From contig CAVVYR010000036.1 of assembly GCA_963752475.1 (NCBI GenBank), positions 1 through 62,694 on the forward strand: a stretch of 62,694 nucleotides of DNA, written 5' to 3'. This DNA comes from an uncultured Chloroflexia bacterium. GTDB taxonomy: Bacteria; Chloroflexota; Limnocylindria; Limnocylindrales; CSP1-4. Positions 19,543 to 28,351 of this stretch are shown piece by piece. Below the pieces are notes generated by a model that was not told the origin of the DNA, did not search any database, and saw nothing but the letters and a program-made list of their open reading frames with translations. The stretch's first letter is position 1. Each line of letters opens with the position of its first letter. The translations under genes and the position numbers were made by a program.

Positions 19543-20636
19543 GTACGTCCCCTGTCGGTCTCGTCGCCGCCCGGACCGATCTCGCCCGAGCCACGGATCA
19601 CGAGGCGAGTCGAGATCGTCCGGTGCTGGGTAGGACCGCGGTAGCCGTCGATGCGCGCGAAGAGCAGCTCGGCCGCGGCACGACCGATGGCGTAGGGATC
19701 CTGGGCCACGACCGTGATACCCGGGTCGAGCATGTCGGCCAGCTCGAGGTCATCGAAGCCGACCAGCGCGACCAGGTGTTGCAGGTCATGCAGGTCGAGC
19801 GCACGGATGGCCCCGATGGTGATGAGGTTCTGGCTCGCGAGGAACGCCGTCGGGCCGTCTTCCGGCGGCAGGCGCAGCAAGCTCTCAGTGGCGCGTTGGG
19901 CGGTGTCGTGGCTGTGGAGATCCATGCGCACGAGGCCTTCGTCGAGCGGGATGCCCGCCGCGTGCAAGGCGTCGACGTAGCCGTCGTAGCGGTCCTGCGC
20001 GGTGGCGATGTCGGTCAGGTCGCCGAGGAAGGCGATGCGCCGATGGCCGATGCTGATGAGGTGCTCGACGGCCTCGCGCGCACCGGTGCGGTTGGTCGCG
20101 AGCACGGTGTCGGCGTCGAGGAACTGGGGCGCGCGATCGACGAAGACCGTGGCCAGGCCTGCTTCGATGTCCGCTCGCAGGTATGACTGGTCGGTCCCCG
20201 TGGGCACGATGACCAGGCCGTCTACGCGCCGCTGGATCATCGCGCGTGCGACCTCCCGTTCACGCACCGGGTCCTCATCGAGGCTGGTAGCCAGCACCGC
20301 CATGCCTCGCTCGATGGCGGCATCGTCGATGGCCCGGTGGACGGCCCCGGAGTACGGGTTGGCCACGTTCTCCAGCAGCAGCCCGAGGGTCATGGTCTGG
20401 CGACCGCGCCGCAGGTTCGAGGCGGTCAGATCCGGTCGGTAGTCGAGCTGTCGGGCGGCGTCCTGCACGCGCGTGACCAGGTCGCCCGAGACGCCGGCCT
20501 CCCCGTTGACAACGCGCGATACGGTCTTGATGCTGACGCCGGCGAGGGCAGCCACGTCGCGCATCGTGGCGCGTCGACGACGTGGCGTCCGTCCATCTCC
20601 CTGTCCTGACAACGTTGTCCGCTGCGCGCTCGACAT
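19539..20636 (-). CDS. LacI family transcriptional regulator (start uncertain)
   Basis: TMRDVAALAGVSIKTVSRVVN HTH; ALVGFDD; LVIRGS. Confidence 0.92.
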   Translation of the reverse strand: MSSAQRTTLSGQGDGRTPRRRRATMRDVAALAGVSIKTVSRVVNGEAGVSGDLVTRVQDAARQLDYRPDLTASNLRRGRQTMTLGLLLENVANPYSGAVHRAIDDAAIERGMAVLATSLDEDPVREREVARAMIQRRVDGLVIVPTGTDQSYLRADIEAGLATVFVDRAPQFLDADTVLATNRTGAREAVEHLISIGHRRIAFLGDLTDIATAQDRYDGYVDALHAAGIPLDEGLVRMDLHSHDTAQRATESLLRLPPEDGPTAFLASQNLITIGAIRALDLHDLQHLVALVGFDDLELADMLDPGITVVAQDPYAIGRAAAELLFARIDGYRGPTQHRTISTRLVIRGSGEIGPGGDETDRGRT

Positions 20637-20729
20637 GGCGGCAACGATATGTCATCGATTGCACGTGAACAAGCCCGGATGGGTTGACATCGCTCCGACC
20701 TCAGGACTACCGTGCTCGACAACGTTGTC
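20608..20729. promoter_or_regulatory. Two LacI-type operators GACAACGTTGTC (20608-20619 and 20718-20729)
   Basis: Identical perfect 12-bp palindromes with a central CG, at the junction of the divergent lacI and ABC operons. Confidence 0.72.
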
Positions 20730-20809
20730 AGCGATGACGACCTGTCACCGATGGCGACGAGAGGAGCTGCCACCCAGGCAGCTGGAGGAAAGAGGAGGCT
20801 CGCATCGCG

Positions 20810-21922
20810 ATGACCTTTGTTCGAAGCCGCGCCATGCGGCTGACCGCCATGGCCGGGGCCCTGGCACTGACCGCCGGCGCGTTCGCCGGCTCGGCCGCGA
20901 TCGCACAGGATGATGAGATGGAGCTTGACGGCGAGGGCGTCGCCATGGAGCTCGTCGTCAAGGAGAACATCAACCCCTTCTGGGTCTGGATGATCCAGGG
21001 TGCAGAAGCCCGTGCTGCGGAGCTCGGCGTGTCCGACTTCAACGCCTGTTGGGGCGAGGTCGACCCTGATCCCGAAGGCCAGACCACCTGTATCGAAAAC
21101 GCGCTCGCGCGCGGCGCGACCACCATCCTCATCGCACCCGCGAACGCTGGCGTCACGCCGGCGCTCGATCTGGCGCGTGAGCAGGGTGCCGTCGTGATCG
21201 CTCTCGACACCGCTCCCGTTCCACCTGAGGCCGCCGACATCACATTCGCCACGGACAACTACGAGGCGGGCCTGCTCATCGGACAGTGGGCGGCAGCCAA
21301 GCTGGGTCCCGAGGGCGTTGCCGACGCCAAGATCGGCATGATCAATATCGACCCCTCCCAGCCGGTGGTGGGCGTGAAGCGCAACCAGGGCTTCCTGGAG
21401 GGCTTCGGTATCGACGTCAAGGATCCCCTTCAGTGGGGTGATGAGGACGATCCGCGCATCGTGGGCCAGGAAGTCGGCCAGGGCCGGGACGTGGACAGCG
21501 TGACGGCCATGGAGCTGCTGCTCCAGAGAGACCCGGACATCAACGTCCTCTACACCATCAACGAGCCCACCGCCCGTGGTGCGGTGCAGGCGCTCGAGAC
21601 GTTCGGCAAGACCACCGATGACGTGCTCATCGTTTCGGTCGATGGCGGCTGCCAGGCCATGCAGGATATCGACGACGGCATCATCGACGCCACGTCGCAG
21701 CAGTATCCGTCGCGTATGGCTGCGCTCGGCATCGACTGGGGCGTTCGCAACGCCATGACCGGTGAGATCCCAACGCCTGAGGACAGCGAGTTCTACACCG
21801 AGGGCCTGGAAATCTTCAACACTGGCGCCACGCTCATCACCAACGATCCGCAGGAAGGCGTGGAGTCCCTGGACACCACCGCCGGCTCTGAGATCTGCTG
21901 GGGCGAGTTCAGAGGCGAATAA
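20810..21922 (+). CDS. Sugar ABC transporter substrate-binding protein (fructose FrcB-like)
   Basis: Signal peptide; NPFW, IALDT, TFATDN, YTINEP, SVDGGC, ATSQQYP, terminal CWG. Confidence 0.85.
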   Translation: MTFVRSRAMRLTAMAGALALTAGAFAGSAAIAQDDEMELDGEGVAMELVVKENINPFWVWMIQGAEARAAELGVSDFNACWGEVDPDPEGQTTCIENALARGATTILIAPANAGVTPALDLAREQGAVVIALDTAPVPPEAADITFATDNYEAGLLIGQWAAAKLGPEGVADAKIGMINIDPSQPVVGVKRNQGFLEGFGIDVKDPLQWGDEDDPRIVGQEVGQGRDVDSVTAMELLLQRDPDINVLYTINEPTARGAVQALETFGKTTDDVLIVSVDGGCQAMQDIDDGIIDATSQQYPSRMAALGIDWGVRNAMTGEIPTPEDSEFYTEGLEIFNTGATLITNDPQEGVESLDTTAGSEICWGEFRGE

Positions 21923-21939
21923 CCACTAATACCAGCACT

Positions 21940-21969
21940 GAACGGGGCAGCCTCACGGCCGCCCCGTTC
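21940..21969 (+). terminator. Intercistronic hairpin after the binding-protein gene
   Basis: GAACGGGGC...GCCCCGTTC inverted repeat. Confidence 0.55.
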
Positions 21970-22028
21970 GCACGTCTACAATCAGCGCACCAGGTGCGCA
22001 GCCACGGGGATGAGGAGAAGGGATACGC

Positions 22029-23114
22029 ATGAGCGGCCCTGAAGACCAACGCCGCGAGGAATCATCGGCTGAGGCGACGGCCCTCGCCGTGACCGGCGAG
22101 ATCAGCGAGCACGACCGCCAGGACCCGACGGTCACGCAGCGTATCCAGCGCTTGCTGCACAAGTACCCCGCGCTGGGCCCCCTCGTCTTCCTGCTGGTCA
22201 TGCTGGTGACCTTCACCTTCATGTCCGATCGGTTCCTGTCGCCGTTCAACATGAGCCTGATCATCCAGCAGGTCACGGTCGTAGGCACCCTGGCCATCGG
22301 CCAGACGATCATCATCCTCACCGCCGGCATCGACCTCTCCGTCGGTGCCATCACCGTCTTCGTCTCCGTGGTCATGGCCAAGCTCTCCGCCGACTACGGA
22401 GTGCCCGGCGTCCTGGCGCTGTTCGCCGGTTTCACCTTCGGCACCGCTTGCGGGCTGTTGAACGGCCTCCTCATCACGCGGCTTCGGCTGCCTCCGTTCA
22501 TCGTCACGCTGGGCACGCTCAGCATCTTCTTCGCCTTGAACCTGTACGTCTCCGCGTCGACCACCATCCGCGGTGCGGACATGGATTCGCTCTTGACCAC
22601 CACCGCGGGCAAGGGCGGCAGCCTGTTGCTGCCGGTCGTCGACACGCGCATCCCCATCGCCTCGATCGGCATGCTCGCGATGTACGCGATCATGGCCTAC
22701 GTTCTGCGCTACACGGCCTGGGGCCGCCATATCTACGCCACCGGCGATGATCCCGAATCCTCGCGGCTGACCGGCATCAAGGTCGATCGCGTTCTCATCT
22801 CTGTCTACGCGGTGGCCGGCTTCATCTACGCCATCGGCGCCTGGTTCCTCATGGGCCGCATCGGCGCGGCCAGTCCGCAGTCCGGTATCGGCGCCAACCT
22901 CGACACCATCACCGCCGTCGTGATCGGCGGGACCAGCCTGTTCGGCGGGCGCGGTGTGGTCATCGGGACCTTGCTCGGTGCCATCATCGTCGGCATGGCC
23001 CGCAACGGGTTGAGCCTTGCCGGCTTCGACCCCTTGTGGCAGGACTTCACCATCGGCGTCCTCGTCATCGTGGCCGTCACACTCGACCAGTGGATCCGGA
23101 GGGTGAGCGCATGA
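22029..23114 (+). CDS. Sugar ABC transporter permease (FrcC/RbsC-like)
   Basis: IILTAGIDLSVG, LPPFIVTLGT, AVVIGGTSLFGGRG. Confidence 0.92.
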   Translation: MSGPEDQRREESSAEATALAVTGEISEHDRQDPTVTQRIQRLLHKYPALGPLVFLLVMLVTFTFMSDRFLSPFNMSLIIQQVTVVGTLAIGQTIIILTAGIDLSVGAITVFVSVVMAKLSADYGVPGVLALFAGFTFGTACGLLNGLLITRLRLPPFIVTLGTLSIFFALNLYVSASTTIRGADMDSLLTTTAGKGGSLLLPVVDTRIPIASIGMLAMYAIMAYVLRYTAWGRHIYATGDDPESSRLTGIKVDRVLISVYAVAGFIYAIGAWFLMGRIGAASPQSGIGANLDTITAVVIGGTSLFGGRGVVIGTLLGAIIVGMARNGLSLAGFDPLWQDFTIGVLVIVAVTLDQWIRRVSA

Positions 23115-23998
23115 CCGCCGCCAAGACGACGGGCAGTCCGCAGCCGGTCCTCAAGGCCCAAGACCTCGTCAAGACCTACGGACGCGTCGTCGCACTGGAC
23201 CACGCAAATCTGGAGCTGTACCCCGGCGAGGTGCTGGGCGTCATCGGCGACAACGGCGCCGGCAAGTCGACGCTCATCAAGTGCTTCAGCGGAGCGGTCA
23301 TCCCCGATAGCGGGGAGATCTACATCGACGGGGAACAGGTCCAACTGCACACCCCCGGCGATTCCATGGCCGCCGGCATCGAGACCGTCTACCAGACGCT
23401 TGCCGTGTGTCCGGCGCTCGACATCGGCACCAACCTCTATCTCGGGCGCGAGCGGCGCAAGCCCGGCATCCTGGGCTCGGTCTTCCGCATGCTGGACCTG
23501 AGCGGCATGCGTGAGGCCGCGCGCAAGGAGATGTCCGAGCTGGGCCTGCTGACCATCCAGGACATGAGCCAGGCGGTGGAGACGCTGTCGGGCGGTCAGC
23601 GCCAGGGCGTGGCAGTTGCCCGGGCCGCCGCCTTCGGGCAGCGCGTGATCATCATGGACGAGCCCACGGCCGCGCTGGGCGTGAAGGAGTCTTCGAAGGT
23701 GCTCCAGCTCATCCGCGACGTACGCGACCGGGGCATCCCGGTCATCCTCATCAGCCACAACATGCCGCACGTGTTCGACGTCGCCGACCGCATCCATATC
23801 CACCGACTTGGACGGCGAGTGGCCGTGGTCACTCCGGAGTCGCACTCCATGGCCGACGCCGTGGCCATCATGACCGGCGCCCTGGAGTCCGACCAGACGG
23901 AAGAGGAGATGTCGCGTCCCAGGCCCGACAGCAAGGCGCTGGCAGCCGTCGGTCACGTCGACGGTGGCGCCATGTCGAGCGGCCAACCTCAAGCCTGA
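23111..23998 (+). CDS. Sugar ABC transporter ATP-binding protein (FrcA-like)
   Basis: ATGA overlap with the permease; GDNGAGKST, LSGGQRQ, IMDEPTAALG. Confidence 0.92.
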   Translation: MTAAKTTGSPQPVLKAQDLVKTYGRVVALDHANLELYPGEVLGVIGDNGAGKSTLIKCFSGAVIPDSGEIYIDGEQVQLHTPGDSMAAGIETVYQTLAVCPALDIGTNLYLGRERRKPGILGSVFRMLDLSGMREAARKEMSELGLLTIQDMSQAVETLSGGQRQGVAVARAAAFGQRVIIMDEPTAALGVKESSKVLQLIRDVRDRGIPVILISHNMPHVFDVADRIHIHRLGRRVAVVTPESHSMADAVAIMTGALESDQTEEEMSRPRPDSKALAAVGHVDGGAMSSGQPQA

Positions 23999-24019
23999 CG
24001 GCACCTCAGGCTTGGGCGC

Positions 24020-24613
24020 TCAAGCGTGCTTTCCGCGTGTCCAGCCCTGCTCGCCGATGGTCTCCTCCGCGAACGTGGCCGAGCCTTCTTCCAGCGGCGT
24101 CGCTAGCGAGTCGTTGAAGCGGTTGAGGAAGCCGTAGAGCGAGACGGCCGCGAGGATCTCCACGACCTGACCCTCGTCCCAATGCCGGAGCATGCGCTCG
24201 AAGTCGCCATCGGTCACGCCGTTGGGCACGGAGGCCGCCTTGACCGAGAACTCGAGCGCCGCCTTCTCGGCGTCGGTGAAGAGGTCGCTGCCCGCGTACT
24301 CCCAGACCGCCTCCAGCCGGGCGGCCTCGGCGCCGGAGCGTGATGCGCCCTGCAGCGAGTGCGCCTGGCAGTACATGCAGCCGTGGGTGCGGCTCGCGAC
24401 GTGGGCGCAGAGGTTCTTGAGCTCGGCCGGTACGGTGCCCGAAGCCGGGTCCAGCACCGCCCGACGGAGCGCGATGAAGCCCTTCACGATCTCGGGACGC
24501 CGAGCCATGATGCGCAACCCATTGGGCACGAACCCGAGCGTGCGCTCATAGGTGACCTGTACCTCTTCGAGTCCATCCACCTCGTCGAGCGATAGGGGTG
24601 CGAGTCGTGTCAT
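24020..24613 (-). CDS. Carboxymuconolactone decarboxylase/AhpD-like peroxidase-related protein
   Basis: GCMYCQAH CxxC motif, FLNRFND; ATG at 24613 after AGGAGG. Confidence 0.85.
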   Translation of the reverse strand: MTRLAPLSLDEVDGLEEVQVTYERTLGFVPNGLRIMARRPEIVKGFIALRRAVLDPASGTVPAELKNLCAHVASRTHGCMYCQAHSLQGASRSGAEAARLEAVWEYAGSDLFTDAEKAALEFSVKAASVPNGVTDGDFERMLRHWDEGQVVEILAAVSLYGFLNRFNDSLATPLEEGSATFAEETIGEQGWTRGKHA

Positions 24614-24823
24614 GTGGCCTCCTGTGTCATGGAGTGGCCACCGTATCGCGCCGCGATCGCTCTTGCGTGGCACGCGGTCGAGCGTGGACACGCTGGTCGC
24701 TTTCGCGTTCCTTCTCGGCGTCCGCTCGGAGCCGCAGGTTTCGGACTCCTTACGTCGCGTTGATGTCAATGTCACACTTCGAGACTACTATTTTGGCCAC
24801 AACGCACCGAATGGAGTCATGCC

Positions 24824-25501
24824 GTGAGCAAGGTCCGAGTCCGAACCGCTGACCACCCCCTGCGCCGGGTCATCCTGCCTGCCGCTGCCCTCTCGCTGAG
24901 CGCCGCCTTCGTGGTCGGTGCGACGGCCGTCCACGCACAGGACAGCATCGACGGCACCTGGGTCGTGGACACGTCCATCGGAGACATCGGCGAGGGCTCC
25001 AGCTCCTTCGTCGGCTTCCGCATCGACGAAGTCCTCGATCCCGGTGGCGACGTCACAGCGGTCGGCCGCACGCCCGATGTGAGCGGTCAGCTCGAAGCGT
25101 CCGGCACCGTCATCGAGTCCTTCACCCTCGAGGCGGACCTGACCACGCTCGCGACCGACAACACCTTCCGCAATGGCGCCATCGGGCGCACGCTCGGGAC
25201 TGACCAGTTCCCGACGGCCACGTTCACCTCGACCGAGCCCGTCGATCTTGGTGCGCTGCCGGTCGAGGGCGAGGCCTTCAGCGCCTCGGTACCGGGCACG
25301 CTGACCATCAAGGACATCAGCCAGGACATCGTGGTCGATCTCGAAGCTGGTCGCGGCGGTGACACGGTCGTCGTCGTGGGTACGTGGCCCATCGAGTTCG
25401 CGGACTTCGAGATCGAGATGCCCAGTGCTCCCATCGTCGTTTCGGTCGAGGACGCCGGGCTGCTCGAGTGGCAGGTCTTCTTCACGCGTACCGGCGAATA
25501 G
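24824..25501 (+). CDS. Secreted YceI-family (polyisoprenoid-binding) protein; C-terminal tail probably frameshifted
   Basis: Signal peptide; GTWVVD, S.VGFRIDE, ADLTTL.TD..RN, FPTATF, GTLTI. Confidence 0.82.
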   Translation: MSKVRVRTADHPLRRVILPAAALSLSAAFVVGATAVHAQDSIDGTWVVDTSIGDIGEGSSSFVGFRIDEVLDPGGDVTAVGRTPDVSGQLEASGTVIESFTLEADLTTLATDNTFRNGAIGRTLGTDQFPTATFTSTEPVDLGALPVEGEAFSASVPGTLTIKDISQDIVVDLEAGRGGDTVVVVGTWPIEFADFEIEMPSAPIVVSVEDAGLLEWQVFFTRTGE

Positions 25502-25502
25502 A

Positions 25503-25580
25503 GACGACATGGCCGAAGACGACATGGCCGACGACGACATGGCCGACGACGACATGGCCGACGACGACATGGCCGAGGAC
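25503..25580 (+). repeat. 15-bp tandem repeat (GACGACATGGCCGAN) x5 encoding DDMA[D/E]
   Basis: Directly visible just after the yceI-like stop codon. Confidence 0.9.
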
Positions 25581-25665
25581 GAGTCCTCCGAAGAGTAGAA
25601 GCTGGCCCGACCGGGGTGGAAGGGCGAGTGGAGGGAGCCCCTTGGTCGGGGCGGCCGGCGGCGTT

Positions 25666-26397
25666 GTTTTCGTGGCGTCTCGCTATCCGCCGATGGGCAT
25701 GACGCAGTCGTGGCGGGTGACCATGCCGTCGACCGCGCGGTAGAGACAGACCGAGCCGCCGGCGACGTCCACGACGTCGGCCCAGGCCAGCTCACCCTCG
25801 GGGGCCTCGAAGTCGACGCGCTCGCCGAGCTGGTTGATCGTGCCGCTGCCGCTGCCCGCGACAAGCAGGATCTCTTCGAGCCCGCTGTAGGTTCTGGTCG
25901 TGTTCAGGTTGCGAGCGCTGTGGACGGCATCGGGGGCGTAGACCTCGGCCAGGCTCTCGACAGTCGCACCCAGTCCCCAGCTCCCGTCCAGGCGCTCGTC
26001 GACCTCGTCGATCGCGGCAGAGGCCTCGGCGTCGGCCAGCCCGACGTTTGCGCGGGCCTCGTAGGACCACTCGGGCAGGACACAGTCGTGGCGGACGATC
26101 TGGCCGTCGACCGCATGGAAGAGGCAGGCCGTGCCACCGCCGAGGCCGTGGAAGCTGGCCCAGCGCCACTCGCCCTCGGCCGCCGGGATGTCGATCCGCG
26201 GCCCGATGGGCTCGATGACCCCTCTGCCGGCGACCGCGGCGATCTCCTCGGGTCCGGTGTACTCGTTCGTGCGGTCATAGAAGGTGGCGCTGTGCACGCC
26301 TTCGGGGGCATAGACCTCGCTGAGCAGCTCGGTCTCGCCGGCCCAGGCGCGGAGCTGCAGCTCGATGAGCTCATCGACGGTGGTCGGGTTGGCGGCG
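25666..26397. repeat. 732-bp direct repeat, copy 1
   Basis: Matches 27395..28126 (offset 1729); I found only two mismatches (25679/27408 and 26379/28108). Confidence 0.92.
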
Positions 26398-26738
26398 CCC
26401 GGGCCCGCCTCGAAAGCGCGTGGAACCAGCGCGACGAGGGCCGCACCGATGACGATCAGCACCGCCACCGCGGCGACGGCCATGGCCGAAGACGCTCCGC
26501 GACGCACAGCGACGGTGCCGGTACCTGCGACGAAGAGCTCATCGTCATGCTTGTCGACCCGCTTCGCGCCGCGCCCGAAAGGGAGGAAGCGCCAGGCTCC
26601 CCGACGCTGGTGGGTCTCGTCGACGCGGCCCATGATGCGGCCGACCTGGCGGCTGCGATCCGCCGGCTGCTCCTCCTCGTCGCGCATCCAGCCGCGCACC
26701 GCCTGCTCCATGTCGAACTCGTCCGGGATGCGGTTCAC
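25683..26738 (-). CDS. Putative anti-sigma factor whose extracellular domain is identical to the neighbouring secreted protein
   Basis: GTGA overlap with the ECF gene; N-terminus FDMEQAVRGWM...THQRRGAW, one TM, then sequence identical to the mature part of 27412..28209. Confidence 0.8.
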   Translation of the reverse strand: MNRIPDEFDMEQAVRGWMRDEEEQPADRSRQVGRIMGRVDETHQRRGAWRFLPFGRGAKRVDKHDDELFVAGTGTVAVRRGASSAMAVAAVAVLIVIGAALVALVPRAFEAGPGAANPTTVDELIELQLRAWAGETELLSEVYAPEGVHSATFYDRTNEYTGPEEIAAVAGRGVIEPIGPRIDIPAAEGEWRWASFHGLGGGTACLFHAVDGQIVRHDCVLPEWSYEARANVGLADAEASAAIDEVDERLDGSWGLGATVESLAEVYAPDAVHSARNLNTTRTYSGLEEILLVAGSGSGTINQLGERVDFEAPEGELAWADVVDVAGGSVCLYRAVDGMVTRHDCVMPIGG

Positions 26739-27316
26739 GAAGCCACCTCCCCGCTGACTGCCGGCTCCGGTCCTGGTGCGGACACACTGGCCGGACGCGC
26801 GTCGGCTTCCAGGGCCGCACGCATCTCCGCAAGCGCTCGGTGTAGTCGCGACTTGACCGTGCCCGTGGGGACACCCAGGACGCGGCCGACCTCGTCGAGC
26901 GGCAAGTCAAGGTAGTGATGCAGCACGATCACCGCGCGGTGGTCCATCGATAGCCGGCGGAACCCACACTCGAGCTGGTCGCGGTCGAAGACCACGCCGT
27001 ACTGGTCACCTGTCCGTGGTTCGGTGAGGGAGCCTTCCTCGATGGCCGGCATCCACTTCGGCGCTCGCTTGAACTCGGCATAGCAGGCGCGCACCAGCAG
27101 CTTGTAGGACCAGGCGTCGTAGCGAGACGGATCGCGCAGTCGCGGCAGATCGCGCCAGACGTTGACCATGGCTTGCTGCACCGCGTCCTCCGCCAGCTGC
27201 GAGTCACGGAGGAGGCGCATGGCCACGGCGTGGCTCCGGTCGAACGAGACGTTCACGATCTGCTCGAACGCGTCTCGTTCGCCCCCCTGAGCCCGGATCA
27301 CCAGGTCTTCGTCCAC
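26735..27316 (-). CDS. ECF-type RNA polymerase sigma factor
   Basis: GTG at 27316 after GGGGGAG; AEDAVQQAM, LRDPSRYDAW, GVPTGTVKSRLHRA. Confidence 0.92.
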   Translation of the reverse strand: MDEDLVIRAQGGERDAFEQIVNVSFDRSHAVAMRLLRDSQLAEDAVQQAMVNVWRDLPRLRDPSRYDAWSYKLLVRACYAEFKRAPKWMPAIEEGSLTEPRTGDQYGVVFDRDQLECGFRRLSMDHRAVIVLHHYLDLPLDEVGRVLGVPTGTVKSRLHRALAEMRAALEADARPASVSAPGPEPAVSGEVAS

Positions 27317-27394
27317 GCGCTCCCCCGTGCGTCGGACGGCGCCGCATGCACCGTCTCCGAATCGTACGTGTGCCGTCCAACGCATCGGGGTTCC

Positions 27395-28126
27395 GTTTTC
27401 GTGGCGTTTCGCTATCCGCCGATGGGCATGACGCAGTCGTGGCGGGTGACCATGCCGTCGACCGCGCGGTAGAGACAGACCGAGCCGCCGGCGACGTCCA
27501 CGACGTCGGCCCAGGCCAGCTCACCCTCGGGGGCCTCGAAGTCGACGCGCTCGCCGAGCTGGTTGATCGTGCCGCTGCCGCTGCCCGCGACAAGCAGGAT
27601 CTCTTCGAGCCCGCTGTAGGTTCTGGTCGTGTTCAGGTTGCGAGCGCTGTGGACGGCATCGGGGGCGTAGACCTCGGCCAGGCTCTCGACAGTCGCACCC
27701 AGTCCCCAGCTCCCGTCCAGGCGCTCGTCGACCTCGTCGATCGCGGCAGAGGCCTCGGCGTCGGCCAGCCCGACGTTTGCGCGGGCCTCGTAGGACCACT
27801 CGGGCAGGACACAGTCGTGGCGGACGATCTGGCCGTCGACCGCATGGAAGAGGCAGGCCGTGCCACCGCCGAGGCCGTGGAAGCTGGCCCAGCGCCACTC
27901 GCCCTCGGCCGCCGGGATGTCGATCCGCGGCCCGATGGGCTCGATGACCCCTCTGCCGGCGACCGCGGCGATCTCCTCGGGTCCGGTGTACTCGTTCGTG
28001 CGGTCATAGAAGGTGGCGCTGTGCACGCCTTCGGGGGCATAGACCTCGCTGAGCAGCTCGGTCTCGCCGGCCCAGGCGCGGAGCTGCAGCTCGATGAGCT
28101 CATCGACCGTGGTCGGGTTGGCGGCG
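27395..28126. repeat. 732-bp direct repeat, copy 2
   Basis: See copy 1. Confidence 0.92.
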
Positions 28127-28209
28127 GCGGCCGTCGACGCCAGGGCGAGCACGGCGGCTGAACTGATTGCGATCGTGCGAGTCGCGATCGCGCGGAAGCT
28201 GGATGACAT
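27412..28209 (-). CDS. Secreted protein with two tandem SnoaL/NTF2-like repeats
   Basis: AAGGAG SD; signal peptide ending STAAA; two internal repeats L.EVYAP..VHSA...RHDCV.P. The fold assignment is inferred. Confidence 0.78.
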   Translation of the reverse strand: MSSSFRAIATRTIAISSAAVLALASTAAAANPTTVDELIELQLRAWAGETELLSEVYAPEGVHSATFYDRTNEYTGPEEIAAVAGRGVIEPIGPRIDIPAAEGEWRWASFHGLGGGTACLFHAVDGQIVRHDCVLPEWSYEARANVGLADAEASAAIDEVDERLDGSWGLGATVESLAEVYAPDAVHSARNLNTTRTYSGLEEILLVAGSGSGTINQLGERVDFEAPEGELAWADVVDVAGGSVCLYRAVDGMVTRHDCVMPIGG

Positions 28210-28250
28210 GGAGCCACTCCTTCGTCGTCGTGGTCCACGTGGTCGCCGCT

Positions 28251-28277
28251 GACGTCGGGTCGGCGAGACGCGGTTCC
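28251..28277 (-). promoter_or_regulatory. Candidate ECF promoter GGAACC-N17-CGTC
   Basis: Typical ECF -35/-10 pair about 40 nt upstream of the secreted gene that heads the sigma/anti-sigma unit. Confidence 0.55.
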
Positions 28278-28351
28278 GATCGGCGCCACCGTCTGGTGAC
28301 GCCTCTACCGCCTTAGTGCGCCGTCTGTGGCGGCGGGTTCCGTCTTCGGTC

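Noticed and set aside
25666-28126. Diversity-generating retroelement TR/VR pair or IS-bounded composite transposon
   Set aside because: No reverse transcriptase or transposase. The repeat is a 732-bp coding domain with only two mismatches and no adenine-specific pattern.
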